Positions 11,965 through 23,960 of a stretch of 63,884 bases of DNA are shown here, piece by piece. The position numbers and the translations under genes were made by a program. The DNA is from Gracilinanus agilis (taxonomy: Eukaryota), in contig NC_058130.1 of the NCBI RefSeq assembly GCF_016433145.1, positions 95,970,622 to 96,034,505 of the forward strand, given 5' to 3'. Under the pieces are notes generated by a model. That model saw only the letters and a list, made by a program, of their open reading frames with translations. It made no database searches and was not told where the DNA came from. Every line of letters starts with the position of its first letter. The first letter of the stretch is position 1.

Positions 11965-12190
11965 CTTGTCGTTGGTGTTATCCAGTTGTTTCAGGCCTGT
12001 CTGACTCTTTGGGGTCCCCTTTGGGATTTTCTTGCCAAAGATACTGGAGTGGTCTGCCCTTTTGTTCTCTAGCTCATTTTATAGAGAGGAAACTGAGGCA
12101 AAAGGGGTTACGTGACTTGTTCAGGGTCACACAGCTAGGAAGTGTCTAAGGACGCATTGAACTCCCGTCTTCCTGACTCTTGCTGCCCCC
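11965..12190 (-). mobile_element. MAR1-type SINE
   Basis: ctgactctttggggtcccctttgggattttcttgccaaagatactggagtgg plus CORE. Confidence 0.8.
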
Positions 12191-12239
12191 CAACAATAAC
12201 AAGCACAAAAATGGGGATTATAATGATTTTTCCCTGAAT

Positions 12240-12988
12240 TGTCACCAAGAGGGTAACCTACTAGTGACTAGATAGAGAAGTCTGAGCAGATTTTCTCCAA
12301 CAGAAGTATTATCTTTACCACTTTGCCTCAATGATGGGAGAAAAGCAGCCACCAAGCACCCAAACACCAGATTATACCCCAATCCTGAGCCTTAGCAAGC
12401 AGGTCTCTGGCTACCCCCAGGCCTGTGACAGTGAGCTTGACCCCCCAGGGGCTCCCGACTGATGCCAGCCTATAAAGGCCTCCCTCCAGCATCTCAGAGC
12501 ACCTCCTGATCCCCTTCCAGCCCACCTTCCCAGCCTTAGGACACAGGACTCCAGGACTCCCCTCCACGCACTCTTCCACTCAGCCATACTGGCCCAGAGT
12601 GCCTGTTCCTTTTTCTCCATCACCTCTGCTTTGGTTCCATCCATCCCCCACCCTAGGAAAGCTCTCCCTCCTCCGATCCCCTGAACCTCAGCACAAGAGA
12701 CCTAAGCAGGAGGCTTCTCGTGGCTCCCCCANNNNNNNNNNNNNNNNNNNNNNNNNNNNNNNNNNNNNNNNNNNNNNNNNNNNNNNNNNNNNNNNNNNNN
12801 NNNNNNNNNNNNNNNNNNNNNNNNNNNNNNNNNNNNNNNNNNNNNNNNNNNNNNNNNNNNNNNNNNNNNNNNNNNNNNNNNNNNNNNNNNNNNNNNNNGT
12901 TAGCTAGCTAGCTTTTTAATTTACTTATTATTAATAAACTTTATAAACTATAATACTTAGTTATTGTATATTGATTTTAATCTTCACA
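12240..12988 (+). mobile_element. ERV LTR spanning an assembly gap
   Basis: Starts TGTCAC, has a TATA-like cctataaagg at about 12469, and its 3' end ttattattaataaactttataaactataatactt...tcttcaca closely resembles the end of the LTR at 38882-39117. No TSD recovered, so the 5' boundary is uncertain. Confidence 0.5.
12732..12898. other. Assembly gap (N run)
   Basis: Run of N. Confidence 1.
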
Positions 12989-13249
12989 ATATATATAAGA
13001 TATGTATTGTAGGTGATATCTAAAATATATTCCCCCACCACAAAAAAAAAATAGTGTTAATTAACAGATACTTAAAACAAAAACAATTACCCATCATGCC
13101 TACTGTACCCTCCTGCCACAATCTTCTGTTATCACAGGACCTTTGAGAATGGGAGCCCTGCCAAATGGTGTGGTCTGTGCCTACAGGGGCTAGCAAGCTC
13201 CCAAACCTTCTCTCCTAATCCCAGTGATAGAGAATTGTTCTAGACACCA

Positions 13250-15050
13250 GAACAAACCCTTGTCTCCAGCTACCAATTACCTGCCTCTCTCTCCCTCCCT
13301 CCTACTCCTCCTTGACTCTCTGTCCTCCTCTGCCTCCTCTTTCCTTGGGTGCTCTGAAATCCCTGTTTTGTCATTAACCAACTTCCCTTTGCTATAGAGT
13401 TCTTTTCATCTTCTCGTGCTCACAGAAACGTGGATCCCCCACAGGAGATTCTACATCCCTGACCAGCCAGTCCATACTGAGTTCATTGTTCATGTCCCTA
13501 AACACCATGGGCCAAGAGACATGGGCGTACTCTTTGTTTCTCACCACTTCTAGAATCTCCATCTGCTGCCATTACTCAACAAATTGTCCTTTTTCGAGCT
13601 TCATTCCATCTGTCTATATTACACTATCCATATCCTTATCACTTCTAGTAGCCTTTTTCCTTCTTATCAAATAGCTCTTGTCCCCCTCATCGATATCCCA
13701 GGATAAAGGAAGAGGCATCCCTTCTCACTGACAAAGCCAACCTTGCTTCAGTGTTCATGGTCCCATTTATTTCTGGGGACCTCCAGGAGGTGTTTCTTCG
13801 ATTGACTCCTTTCTCTCACCTTTAATCCCTTGTCATCCACTGGCTCCTTTCTAGCTACGTATAAACATTTCTGTTGTTCAGTCAGGTCAGTCATTTCAGT
13901 GGTAACCAACGACTTGGGACCTCACTTGGAATTTTCTTGGCAAAGATACTGGAGTGGTTCCTTCTCCAGTTCATTTTATAGATGAAGAACTGAAGCAAAC
14001 AGGGTTAAGTGACTTACCCAGGATCACATAGCTAGTAAGTGTCTGAGGCCAGACTTGAACTCTTGAAGATGAGTCTCCTTGATTCTAGGCCAGAAACTCT
14101 CTCCATTGGGTCACCTAGCTGCTCATAAACACCTCACTTATCCTTAAAAATCTTTGTTTAACTTTATCACTCCCTTTGGCTATTATTCTGAATCTTTTCA
14201 ATCTTTAGCAAACACATTCCTGGGGAAGAGGGGGGAAGAGTAGGGAGCTAGGCTCATTTCTAACTTCTCACCCCTTACTCACACTTCTCAAATCCTTTCC
14301 AAATTGACTCCCAGCCCTACCATCTGAGTGAACTTGTTCTCTCCAAATTTAGCAACAATTTGTGAAACCTGCCGCCATCTTTCTTGACTTCTCTGCAGTT
14401 TCTAACACTGCTGACCACACTCTCTTTCCTCAGTTTTTATGGCTCTGCTTTCTCCTGATTCTCCTGCCGCCTGACAACTCTACCTTGGTCTCTTGTGCTG
14501 GACTATCCATGGGTCTTCCCCAGAGTTCTTTCTTGAGCTCTCTCCTCTCTCAGTGGTCTCTTTACCTCGATGGGTTTCATTACTCTGTCTATGAAGATGA
14601 CTACCAAATTATCTATCCATCCCCATCCCTCTTCTTCTCTTCTCTTCCTCTCCTCCTCTCTCTTTTATTCCAGTTATGCATTACCAACTGCCTGATGGAT
14701 ATTCCCTTTGGAGATCCCATAGGCATCTCAAACTCAACATATTCAAAACAGAATTCATCCTTTTCTCTTTAAACTTAACCTTTCTCCAGATATTACTCTT
14801 TCTATTGAAGCTATCACCATTCTTTGAGTCAACCATATTCTTGGTCTTGGAGTCATCCTCGACTCTTCAACTTTCCTCTAACCCACCATCCTTATCCAAT
14901 CAATGGCCACAATGTATTGGTTCTGCCACAACTTCTCTTAAATCTGTCTCTTTCTCTCTAATAACAGGCCTGAATCGCCTTTCATCTGAATTATTACAAA
15001 AACCTTTTCATTGATTTCCATGCACCTTGTTCTATGCATAATATCAACTG
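13250..15050 (+). mobile_element. Long L2 fragment interrupted by MAR1 (13868-14124, - strand)
   Basis: L2 motifs such as cttgacttctctgcagtttctaacactgctgaccac and ccaactgcctgatggatattccc...gcatctcaaactcaacat. The MAR1 insert is flanked by ataaaca at 13861 and 14125. Confidence 0.75.
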
Positions 15051-15113
15051 CACATCCAATAATCACCTTTTTGTAGATAAAGAAGCCCAAAGCTCTGAGA
15101 TGTTAATAGATTG

Positions 15114-15118
15114 AGATA

Positions 15119-15160
<42 letters not shown>
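15114..15160. repeat. (TA)n microsatellite within a MIR-like element
   Basis: Direct reading of the sequence. Confidence 0.95.
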
Positions 15161-17699
15161 GTTGCACAGTTATTAAGTATCTGAGATGGGATTCAAACAC
15201 AGGTCATCTGAGTCTAAGTTCAACATCTATCCGCTAAGCTAAACAAAGGAGACTGAGAGGTGTCAGACAAGTAGGAAGAAAACCCAGAGAGAACAGTGTC
15301 TCTGAAGCCAATGGAAGAAACAATACCCAGGAGGACCAGGTGATTTGGTCAAAAGTTACAGAAAGGTCAAGAATGAAGAAGAAGACATCAGATTGAGAAG
15401 TCAAGGAATCACTGGTAACCTCTGAGAAGGATCCACACCTCCTCTTCTAAATGTTCCCAGACCAAATCTTAAATTACATGTTCTAACCTTTTCCAGGAAT
15501 CAATATCAACCTCAGCATTCTCACATGAAAAATTCCTTTTTTTCCTTCTCTTAAGAAAAGTTGGATACTTATCCACTGGTACCTCTCCAGTTTTCACTCT
15601 TCAAAGATCCCAGAGAGCAGCAGCTCGGTAACCATGTCCACAAGTTCTTTCAGTATCTTATAGAATCGTAGAGCTGGAAGGAATATCAGGAGCCATCCAG
15701 TCCTACCCCTTTATTTTACAGTGGAGGAAACTGAGGCCCAGGAAGGCTGAATGTTTTGTGGAATATCACACAGGTGGTGTCAGAAATAGGATTTAAAGGT
15801 AGGTCCTATGACTTCAGTATCAATGTTCTTTCCATAGGAAAGGATATGGGCTAGAAGATCAAACCTAGGAGTAGAGAGAGACCACCAATGCCATATGACT
15901 GGTTGTTCAATTGCATCAAACCCAATCTAGTCTCAATAGGTAGGAAACTGAGTAGGAGACATAGAAAGGCCAATATATATGATTTTCTAGAGTTATTACA
16001 TCCCCTACTGGTCTCCTCACAGCCTCAGAAACTGGGACCAACTATGGGAAACTCCTTCATCCCATATTGAGGACCCAACAGAACCTAATGGGTGAAGTTT
16101 AATCCAACTAACTCCACCTCTTACTCCTGACACAGCAAGCTTCTCTGGGCTGGTTAGGTAGAGTTCTGACTGGCTCTGATGGGAAGTTATATCCAGAGCT
16201 GTGCCTCTGAGGGAAATGTTGCGAGGGAGTTCATGCTTGAAGCTCTGCTCTTAAGGAACTCCACCCCAACAGTTCCTGGTGGCTGGACCCCCTTTTCACC
16301 TAGATTGTGAATCTGTGTGGTCTTCTGGGCTGCCATCCCGGACCAGAGAAACTGAGTCTTGTTTCATATTCCCAGGAGAACAGAATTCCCTTGTAAGTGT
16401 CTGCTTATTTGTGTCAATCTGTGTGTGGCTTAGAGGGAGTTGGAGGTGGGTCCTAAGATGATCAAGTTTCTTTGGCACTTTGTTGAGAGCTGGGAAAGTC
16501 TACAAACTTTTTCCTGAAGAATGTCATCCTGGGGACTCACCATTGACTAGCAGTAAAGGGCCAAACCAAGGAAGAGACATTTCACCCAAGTCTAAATTCA
16601 ATTAAGCCTGGCATTTAAAGCCCCACCATCTGGATCTATTATACTCTTCCAACTTTATTGTTGCTTATAATTGCCTTCACACTGTGTGCCTTAGCCACTC
16701 CAAACCCACCCTTTCATTTCTCACCTGTACTGGTGCTCATGACATGCTTTACAGCCGTAATGTATCCCATCTCCACCTCTTCGAATCCTACCCATATCAT
16801 CAGGCCCACCTCAAATGTCCTTACCTCCAGGATGTTCGCCCTGATTTCCCCTCAAAAAATTGTGAACTCTTTCTCTTCTGAACTTCCCACTTGCACTCAC
16901 TGGCCCTAATTTTTCTCTCTGGAGCCAAGAAGAACAAGTCTCAACCTTCTTTAAAAATATTCTTAGAAAGCAGCTAACATAGCTGCCCTAAATATTCTTT
17001 TCTCTATAATAAACACCTAATACACAACATGGATGCAGATAAGTAAATACAAACTACATCCAAAAAGAATAGAAAGCAGTTTCAAGAAGATGCTAATGAC
17101 TAGGAGGGGGTTGAAAAAGGGAGGGGGAAGATGGGAAAACTTATGATATATACTTAGATGAGATGGTCTCTAGTCTCTTCCCCTTTCTGGTCACCTCCCT
17201 CTGGATGCACTCAGGTTTGTCAGTGCCCGTCCTCAAATGCCACAATCCGGAACTGAGTATAGAATATTCCAGAGAAACGGACAATGCGACTTCCATTACA
17301 GGATCATAGAATGTGAGAGCTGGAAAGTTCCTTAGAAAGCATTTAGTCCAACCCTGACCCCAAACCCTCTTAACTTTAGAGTTGAGGAACCTGAGTCTCA
17401 AAAGGGAGGCAATGACTTTCCCATGATCACTCAGCTCTATTGATAACAGAGGCAAAATTCAAACCCAGGACGCCTGTTGCCAAATCCAGGGATCTTTCCC
17501 CTGCCCAAGCTGCTTGGGAAAGCCACTTTCCAATGGACTCCTCTTCTCCCTACCTGCCTCTTCTTTAAAGAGTCCTGCAACTAGCCTTTGGCATCCCTTC
17601 CACAAAGCAGAAAGATCTCATTACGAACAAGGCCAATAGCCCAAAGATCAGCCAAAAACAACACCCTGTTTCAGTTTGGCTTCTTCATGATGCTATGCT

Positions 17700-18107
17700 C
17701 AGAGCTAGCGAATAATAAATTGGATAGTGGAAAAGCAAGCCAGCCGGAGGAGGTGTAAATAATGACTTGATATGGGTGAGGCCCCAAGCCTCAGAGGGGG
17801 AAATGGGCGTGGGCTCAGTGGAGGCCCCCGCCCATCACCCCCCCTCCCACACCCACCAGCCTGGCCTCCCCAAGGAGCTCTCCTCCAGCCTGATGAGGTC
17901 ATGGGGCACCAGGGGCTCCCTGGGAAGAGAGGCAGGACAGAAATCTGTAGAGAGGCTAGCTGGCTTGGGGCACGGCCCCCCTCCCCAGGACCTATGGTAA
18001 ACCCCCCACTGCCTCTTCCCATCTGCTTCTCCCAAGTTACCAGAAGCCTACCGTATGAGTGAGAGTATGTGCAAGTGTGAGTTTGTGTGTGTGACTGTGT
18101 AAGAGTT

Positions 18108-18160
<53 letters not shown>

Positions 18161-18700
18161 CCATGTATGCATTTCTGAAGGTCTTCCAAAGTCAAATATA
18201 AGATGTGCACCAATGAGTCAGGGTGCATTCCTGAGCGCATTCCAAAGCCAAACACAAGAAACTTCTGGGATGCTCAGTGGCGTTGGCTTCCCCCCATGTC
18301 TGCTCGCCTCCGTTCCTGTGGAGGAAGGAGCCGGAGTCACTTTGATGTCAGGCTGAGACCCCGCAGGGGGAGCCGCTGGGGCAGAGGGCCAAGCTTGCAA
18401 GGACCCGCGTGGATGGCGATGTTGGCTTCCTCTTCTTGCTTTGCTTTCATTCCTTGATTTTCCACATTTTGTTGTTGTTGTTATTGTTGATCTGGGCTGG
18501 CGATCTATAGGCTAAAGGGGTTTTTTGGTTGTTTCTTTTTAAGTATCAAGTTTTCAGCTTGCATTCAAATGCAGCTCCCAACCAACCTCTCCTCAATTCC
18601 TCCAACTTGCCCTCATCCAGGGGGGCCTTCTCGCCGCCGCCGCCAGCACCCAAACGAGCCAGCCACGATACGTGTCCTTTGCTCCCTTTGCTTGCCCTGT
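17700..18700. promoter_or_regulatory. CpG-retaining GC-rich block (putative regulatory element)
   Basis: Non-repeat DNA with TGTAAATA (FOX-like) near 17754, GC boxes, a CTTTGAT TCF site near 18340, a (CCG)n run near 18632 and an embedded (TG)n. Confidence 0.4.
18111..18157. repeat. (TG)n microsatellite
   Basis: Direct reading of the sequence. Confidence 0.95.
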
Positions 18701-19027
18701 AACCCCTACCTGGAGCACCCTCTCTCCTCCACTTACTAGCCAAACCCCCTGGGCCAGCAAGGCTTGGCTCACGCCTCTTCTCCTTTGGGAAACTCTCCGC
18801 CTGTTGGGAGTCTCACTTACTTCTCTTTTTAGACTTCAGAAGCATTTACCGTCTGTGCCCACTACAATCCATCTCAGCCATTCCTAGGCACTAGAGGAGT
18901 AAGACGGATAACTTGAGTTGGAGATGTAATGGAGCATAGAATAAAGAGGCCCATTTAGGAGTCTGAGCTTTAAACCCAGCAGACTGGGTTTAAATCCCAA
19001 TCCTGCTGCTGTCTATAGGACCTTAGC

Positions 19028-19225
19028 TTGGGGACAGCTGGGTAGCTCAGTGGATTGAGAGCCAGGCCCAGAGATGGGAGGTCCTGGGTTCAAATCTGGC
19101 CTCAGACACTTCCTAGCTGGGTGACCCCCATTGCCTAGCCCTCACCACTCTTCTGCCTTGGAGCCAATACACAGTATTGATTCTAGGATGGAAGGTAAGG
19201 GTTTATAAAAAATAATAATAATAAA
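19028..19225 (+). mobile_element. Opossum SINE-1
   Basis: gggacagctgggtagctcagtggattgagagccagg...ggatggaaggtaagggtttataaaaaataat. Confidence 0.9.
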
Positions 19226-19599
19226 AAATATAGGACCTTAGCCTTAGGTTCTATAGCTACTCACTGAACCCCTACTCTCCCAGGAGAAAAGGGAGCTACG
19301 CATCTCCCACTTGGTTTTAGAGGCTGAGGATGATTTTCTAATGTTATAGCTCATAAGGTCCCACCAGTATGTTCCCCACTCATGATTACTAGTTGATCTT
19401 GATTAGTCAGTGAGACATAATTAGCTTTTAGAAAGGGTAATTTACTAAAGTCACATAGCAAGAACAGTAGGTATAACATACCCCACTTCCCCCCAAAAAA
19501 GTCCATGACACAGTTTCCCAGGGTTATGGAGAGAGTTCAGGGCAAATTGGGCTCAAGATTAGAGAACATTCACGGCTCTTAGCCATCCTCTCCTGGTTG

Positions 19600-19985
19600 C
19601 TGGAATTCCGTTCCCATCTGACACACCTCAAACACATCAGTGAATTAGGGGGAATGTCTCCCCCTAGACATTAAGACCTCCCCTGACAGAATGGGTAGAT
19701 AAGAACAATTTGTTCCAGCAGCCATGAAGGAGATTTAAGCAGGCACCACAGCGTGCTTACAGGTTGATCAGACACAGAGGGACGCCAAGGTCACCCACTA
19801 CATCCTGGGCCAGCCTCAGCCATCCTGACTTTTTTCCTGCCGCTGGATTTGAATGACTGGAAGCTGAGCCGATGACTTCGCTCGACTCTGCCTCCTGAAA
19901 TCCAACTCCTGAGCAAGTCAAGCCATGACCCCGTGACATCAGTGGTCCTCCTTGGAAACGAAGGAGAAATAACAGGGCACTCGTG
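19600..19985 (-). mobile_element. Marsupial RTE-related short element (WALLSI-like)
   Basis: The reverse complement (ttctccttcgtttccaaggaggaccactgatgtc...ggatgtagtgggtgaccttggc...ggaacaaattgttcttatctacccattc) aligns by eye with the + strand copy at 23510-23960. Confidence 0.6.
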
Positions 19986-21640
19986 AGGTTCTCTTTATGC
20001 ATGGTGGTAGACTTTTTATGGGGCTTCTTGCAGAGCCTCGAATCTAACTTTCCTCTTTAAGGGCAGTCCATCTTCAGCTCCCAATGCAGACCGTGCTGTG
20101 AACTCTTGTTCTGGGATACTACTAGGATAATGATCTTTTAAAGGCTGAATCCTTCAGGTCTCTGAAGTTCACTAAGTCTTCCTCTAGTCAAGGAAGGAGG
20201 AAAGAAACTGAGGCCAAGGCCAAGTCGCATAGGAAGCTATGCCCACCAAGTAACTCCCTTTCAGGGGCTCGTCCGGAGGCTTCCACCACTAAGCTGTTAG
20301 TGAGTTTCTCGCAGATTGTATATTTTATAGATTACCCATAGGGCATGACCAAGTTTCCTCAGCCAATCAGAACACAATTCCTATGCAATGGTGCTCCTTT
20401 ACATCCAGGGGTTTTCAAGGACATCTAAAGCGATAGAATCCATGAAAGACTCTTTCACACAGATTCTAAACCCTGTGACTGATATGATTTAATAGAAGAG
20501 TGTTCTTACTTGATTAAGCTGTCAGGGAATATATATTATGTTTGATTATTTGACCAAATCGACTTGGGCATTAGTTACTTAACCTCTAGGGATTATTTCT
20601 AATAATAATAGCTAACAATTATATAGCATTGACTGTGTGCTAGTCACTATGTTAAGTGCTTTACAAATATTATCTCATTTGATCTTCATCACAAACCTAG
20701 GAAGTAGGTACTATAATGATCATTGAAGAAATTGCAGTGGACAAGGTTAAGAAACTTGTCTAGCTTCAAGTAGCTAGAAAATGTCTAAGGTAGGATTTGA
20801 ACTTCAGTCTTCCTGACTCTAAGACACAACGCTCTATTCATTGTACTAGAAGTATCAGGTCATAATGGGTGAAAGGAGTTGCGATACAAGTGTTGATTCT
20901 TTTCTCTTCTTCCTACCCCAATTTACATATAACGACTCATTTTTATTCAGTCAGTTCTGTCCAATTCTCCATGGCCCCATCTATATCCCCTTATCTCCTG
21001 AAGTCTGTCCAAGCTCATGTTTGTTGCTTCCACGATACTCTCTGTCCATTTCATCCTCGGCTGCCTCCTTCTTCTTTTGCCATTAATCTTTCCCAATATC
21101 AGCATCTTTTCCTAGTGAATTCTTTGGCCAAAGTATTTAAGCTTTGGCTTCAATATCAGTCCTCGCAAAGACTAGTCTGAATTAATTTAAGTATTGACTG
21201 ATTTGATCTTCTTGCTATCCAAGGGACTCTCAAAAGCCTTCTCCAATGCAACAATTTAAAAGCATCAATTCTGTGGTGTCTGGCTTTCCTTTCATAGAGT
21301 CCAACTTTCAAAGCTATACATGATTTCTGGAAAAACCATAGTTTTGATTATATGGACGTTTTTGTTTTGGGGCTTTTTTTTTTTTGGCTAGTTAAGGTCT
21401 CTGCTTTTTAGTGTCCATATTTGCCTTAGTTTGCTTTCCAAGGAGCAAGCATCCTTTTTTTTTTTTTTTTTTTTTTGGTAAGGGTCTGAGATTGGGTTTT
21501 AATTCAGTTCCTTTCTTTTATTTGAAAATTTTTATTTAATTAATTAATTTAGAATATTTTTCCATGGTTACATGATTCATGTTCTTTCCCTCCCCTTCTC
21601 CCACCCCACTCCCATAGTCAATGAGCAATTCTACTGGTTT

Positions 21641-21829
21641 GTTTTTTTTTTTTTAAACCCTTAACTTCTGTGTATTGGTTCCTTGGTGGAAGAGTGGTAA
21701 GGGTGGGCAATGGGGGTCAAGTGACTTGCCCAGGGTCACATAGCTGGGAAGTGTCTGAGGCTGGATTTGAACCTAGGACCTCCCGTCTCCAGGCTTAGCT
21801 CTCAATCCACTGAGCTACCCAGCTGCCCA
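21641..21829 (-). mobile_element. Opossum SINE inserted in the L1
   Basis: Poly-T, then aaacccttaacttctgtgtattgg...gagctacccagctgccc, flanked by tctactgg(g)ttt on both sides. Confidence 0.9.
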
Positions 21830-21900
21830 TCTACTGGGTTTTATAGGTGTCATTGATCAAGACATATTATTGATAATTGCACTAGGATGATTGCTTAGAG

Positions 21901-22090
21901 CAGTGGTTCCCAAACTTTTTTGGCCTACTGCCCCTTTCCCAGAAAAAATATTACTTAGCCCCCTGGAAATTATTTTTTTAATTTTAATAGCAATTAATAG
22001 GAAAGATAAATGCACCTGTGGCCATCACTGCCTTCCTGGATCGCTGCAGCACCCACCAGGGGGCAGTAGTGCCCACTTTGGGAAACACTG
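21901..22090. mobile_element. hAT-Charlie non-autonomous element (OposCharlie-like MITE), copy 1
   Basis: TIRs cagtggttcccaaa / tttgggaaacactg with a perfect 8-bp TSD gcttagag at 21893-21900 and 22091-22098. Confidence 0.9.
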
Positions 22091-23185
22091 GCTTAGAGTC
22101 TACATCCTCAACCATATCCCCATCAAACCATGTGATCAAGCAGTTGTTTTTCTTCTGTGTTTCTACTCCCACAGTTCTTCTTCTGACTGTGGATAGAGTT
22201 CTTTCTCCCAAGTCCCTCAGAGTTGTCCTGGTTCATTTGATTGCTGCTAATAGAGAAGTCCATTACATTCGATTTTACCACAGTGTATCCTTCTCTGTGT
22301 ACAATGTTCTCCTGGTTCTGCTCCTTTCACTCTGCATCAGTTCCTGGAGGTCTTTCCAGTTCACATGGGATTCCTCCAGTTCATTATTCCTTTTAGCACA
22401 ATAATATTCCATCACCAACAGATACCACAATTTGTTCAGCCATTCACCAATCAAAGAGCATCCCCTCATTTTCAATTTTTTTTTGCCACCACAAAGAACA
22501 TATGTAAATATTTTTGTACAAGTATTTTTCCTTATGATCTCTTTGGGATATAAACCCAGCAGTGGTATTGTGGATCAAAAGGCAGGCAGTCTTTTAAGGC
22601 CCTTTGGGCACAGTTCCAAATTGCCATCCAGAATGGTTGGATCAATTCACAATTTCACCAGCAGTGTATTAGTATTCCAATTTAGCCACATCCCCTCCAA
22701 CATTTATTACTTTCCTTTGCTGTCATGTTAGCCAAGCTGCTGGGTGTGAGGGGGTACCTCAGAGTTGTTTTGATTTGCATTTCTCTAATTATTAGAAATT
22801 TAGAGCATTTTTGATGTGCTTATTGATAGTTATGATTTTTTTATCTGAAAATTTCCTATACATGTCCCTTGCCCATTCATTGATTTGGGGAATGGCTGAG
22901 CAAGCATCTTTTAATTTCAAGGCTACTGTCACCATCTACAGTGATCTTTGAGCTCAAGAATATAAAATCTGACACTTTCCATTTTTTTCCCCCTCTGCCA
23001 GGAAGTGATGGGACCAGTTGCCATGCTCTTAAGTTTTTGATGTTAAGTTTCAAGCCTCTTTTACCCTTCAAGAGGCTTCTTCATTCTTCTTCACTTTTTG
23101 CTATCAGAGTAGTACCTTTCGTATATCTGAGATTGTTTGATATTTCTCCCAGCAACCTTTATTCTGGCTTTTGGTTCCTCTAGCC

Positions 23186-23378
23186 CAGTGGTTCCCAAAC
23201 TTTTTTGGCCTACTGCCCCCTTTCCAGAAAAAATATTACTTAGCACCCCTGGAAATTAATTTTTTAAAATTTTAATAGCAATTAATAGGAAAGATAAATG
23301 TACCTGTGGCCATCACTGCTCCCCTGGATCGCTGCAGCACCCATCAGAGGGTGGTGGTGCCCACTTTGGGAATCACTG
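23186..23378. mobile_element. hAT-Charlie non-autonomous element, copy 2
   Basis: Same element as copy 1, with TIRs cagtggttcccaaa / tttgggaatcactg and a perfect 8-bp TSD ctctagcc at 23178-23185 and 23379-23386. Confidence 0.9.
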
Positions 23379-23454
23379 CTCTAGCCTGACATTTCACATG
23401 ATATACTTAATCTACATCTAAGTTAAATAAGGTGACAACATTGTTATTGTTTGC

Positions 23455-23456
<2 letters not shown>

Positions 23457-23502
<46 letters not shown>
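23457..23502. repeat. (TG)n microsatellite
   Basis: Direct reading of the sequence. Confidence 0.95.
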
Positions 23503-23506
<4 letters not shown>

Positions 23507-23509
23507 TAA

Positions 23510-23960
23510 GAAAACCAATGGCATCAGGGGGATGATGTCTTGAGTCACTCATGAATTGGATTTAATTGAGGCACAGTTGCTCAAAGAATTGGCCTCGGTC
23601 TTACTTCCAGTCATAGAAGTCGAGTGGGAGGACAAAATTCAAGATGACTGGCAATGTGATGGTCTTAGGATGCAGGGGATGACCTTGGCATCTTTGATGT
23701 CTGGCCAAGCTCTAAGCACCTACTTTAGCCACTTTCATGACTATTGGAAAAAATTTTTCTCATCCACCCATTCCACTGGGAGAAGTCTTCACATGCTTAG
23801 GGTATACATCCCACTTAAATGCAATGGATTTGAGGATTTTTGGTTGTCCTCAACTGATTTAGTCCATCTGCTGAGAAAGGTTTCCTGGGTTGTGACTGCT
23901 GCAAATGCTATAGCTTCTTGGAGCCATTGGTAAGAGTTGGGTGAGAGGTAGAGGCCAAAG
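23510..23960 (+). mobile_element. Marsupial RTE-related short element (WALLSI-like)
   Basis: gaattggatttaattgaggcacag...ggatgcaggggatgaccttggcatc; homologous to 19600-19985. Confidence 0.6.

Larger units (their letters stand above)
21455..22897 (-). mobile_element. 5'-truncated opossum L1 with poly(A), TSD and apparent 3' transduction
   Basis: L1 3'UTR antisense starts about 21515 (atttaattaattaatttagaatatttttccatggttacatg). Poly-T lies at about 21455-21476. TSD gagcaagcatc(c)tttt at 21443 and gagcaagcatctttt at 22898; the target reads TTTT/AA. Confidence 0.85.
20944..23440 (-). mobile_element. BovB-type RTE LINE 3' portion, split by nested insertions
   Basis: Antisense BovB hallmarks: tccaagggactctcaaaagccttctccaa...aaagcatcaattct, and gtcaccatctacagtgatctttgagc. 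ORF 22877-23071 gives GLKLNIK...VSDFIFLSSKITVDGDSSLEIKRCLL, matching the BovB/RTE RT C-terminal region. Confidence 0.85.

Noticed and set aside
17705-18356. ORFs with HTHTHT / CVCVCV runs
   Set aside because: Translation of the (TG)n microsatellite.
19757-19990. Apparent exon ttacag|GTTGATCAG... (VDQTQRDAKVTHYILGQ)
   Set aside because: It lies within the antisense WALLSI-like repeat homologous to 23510-23960.
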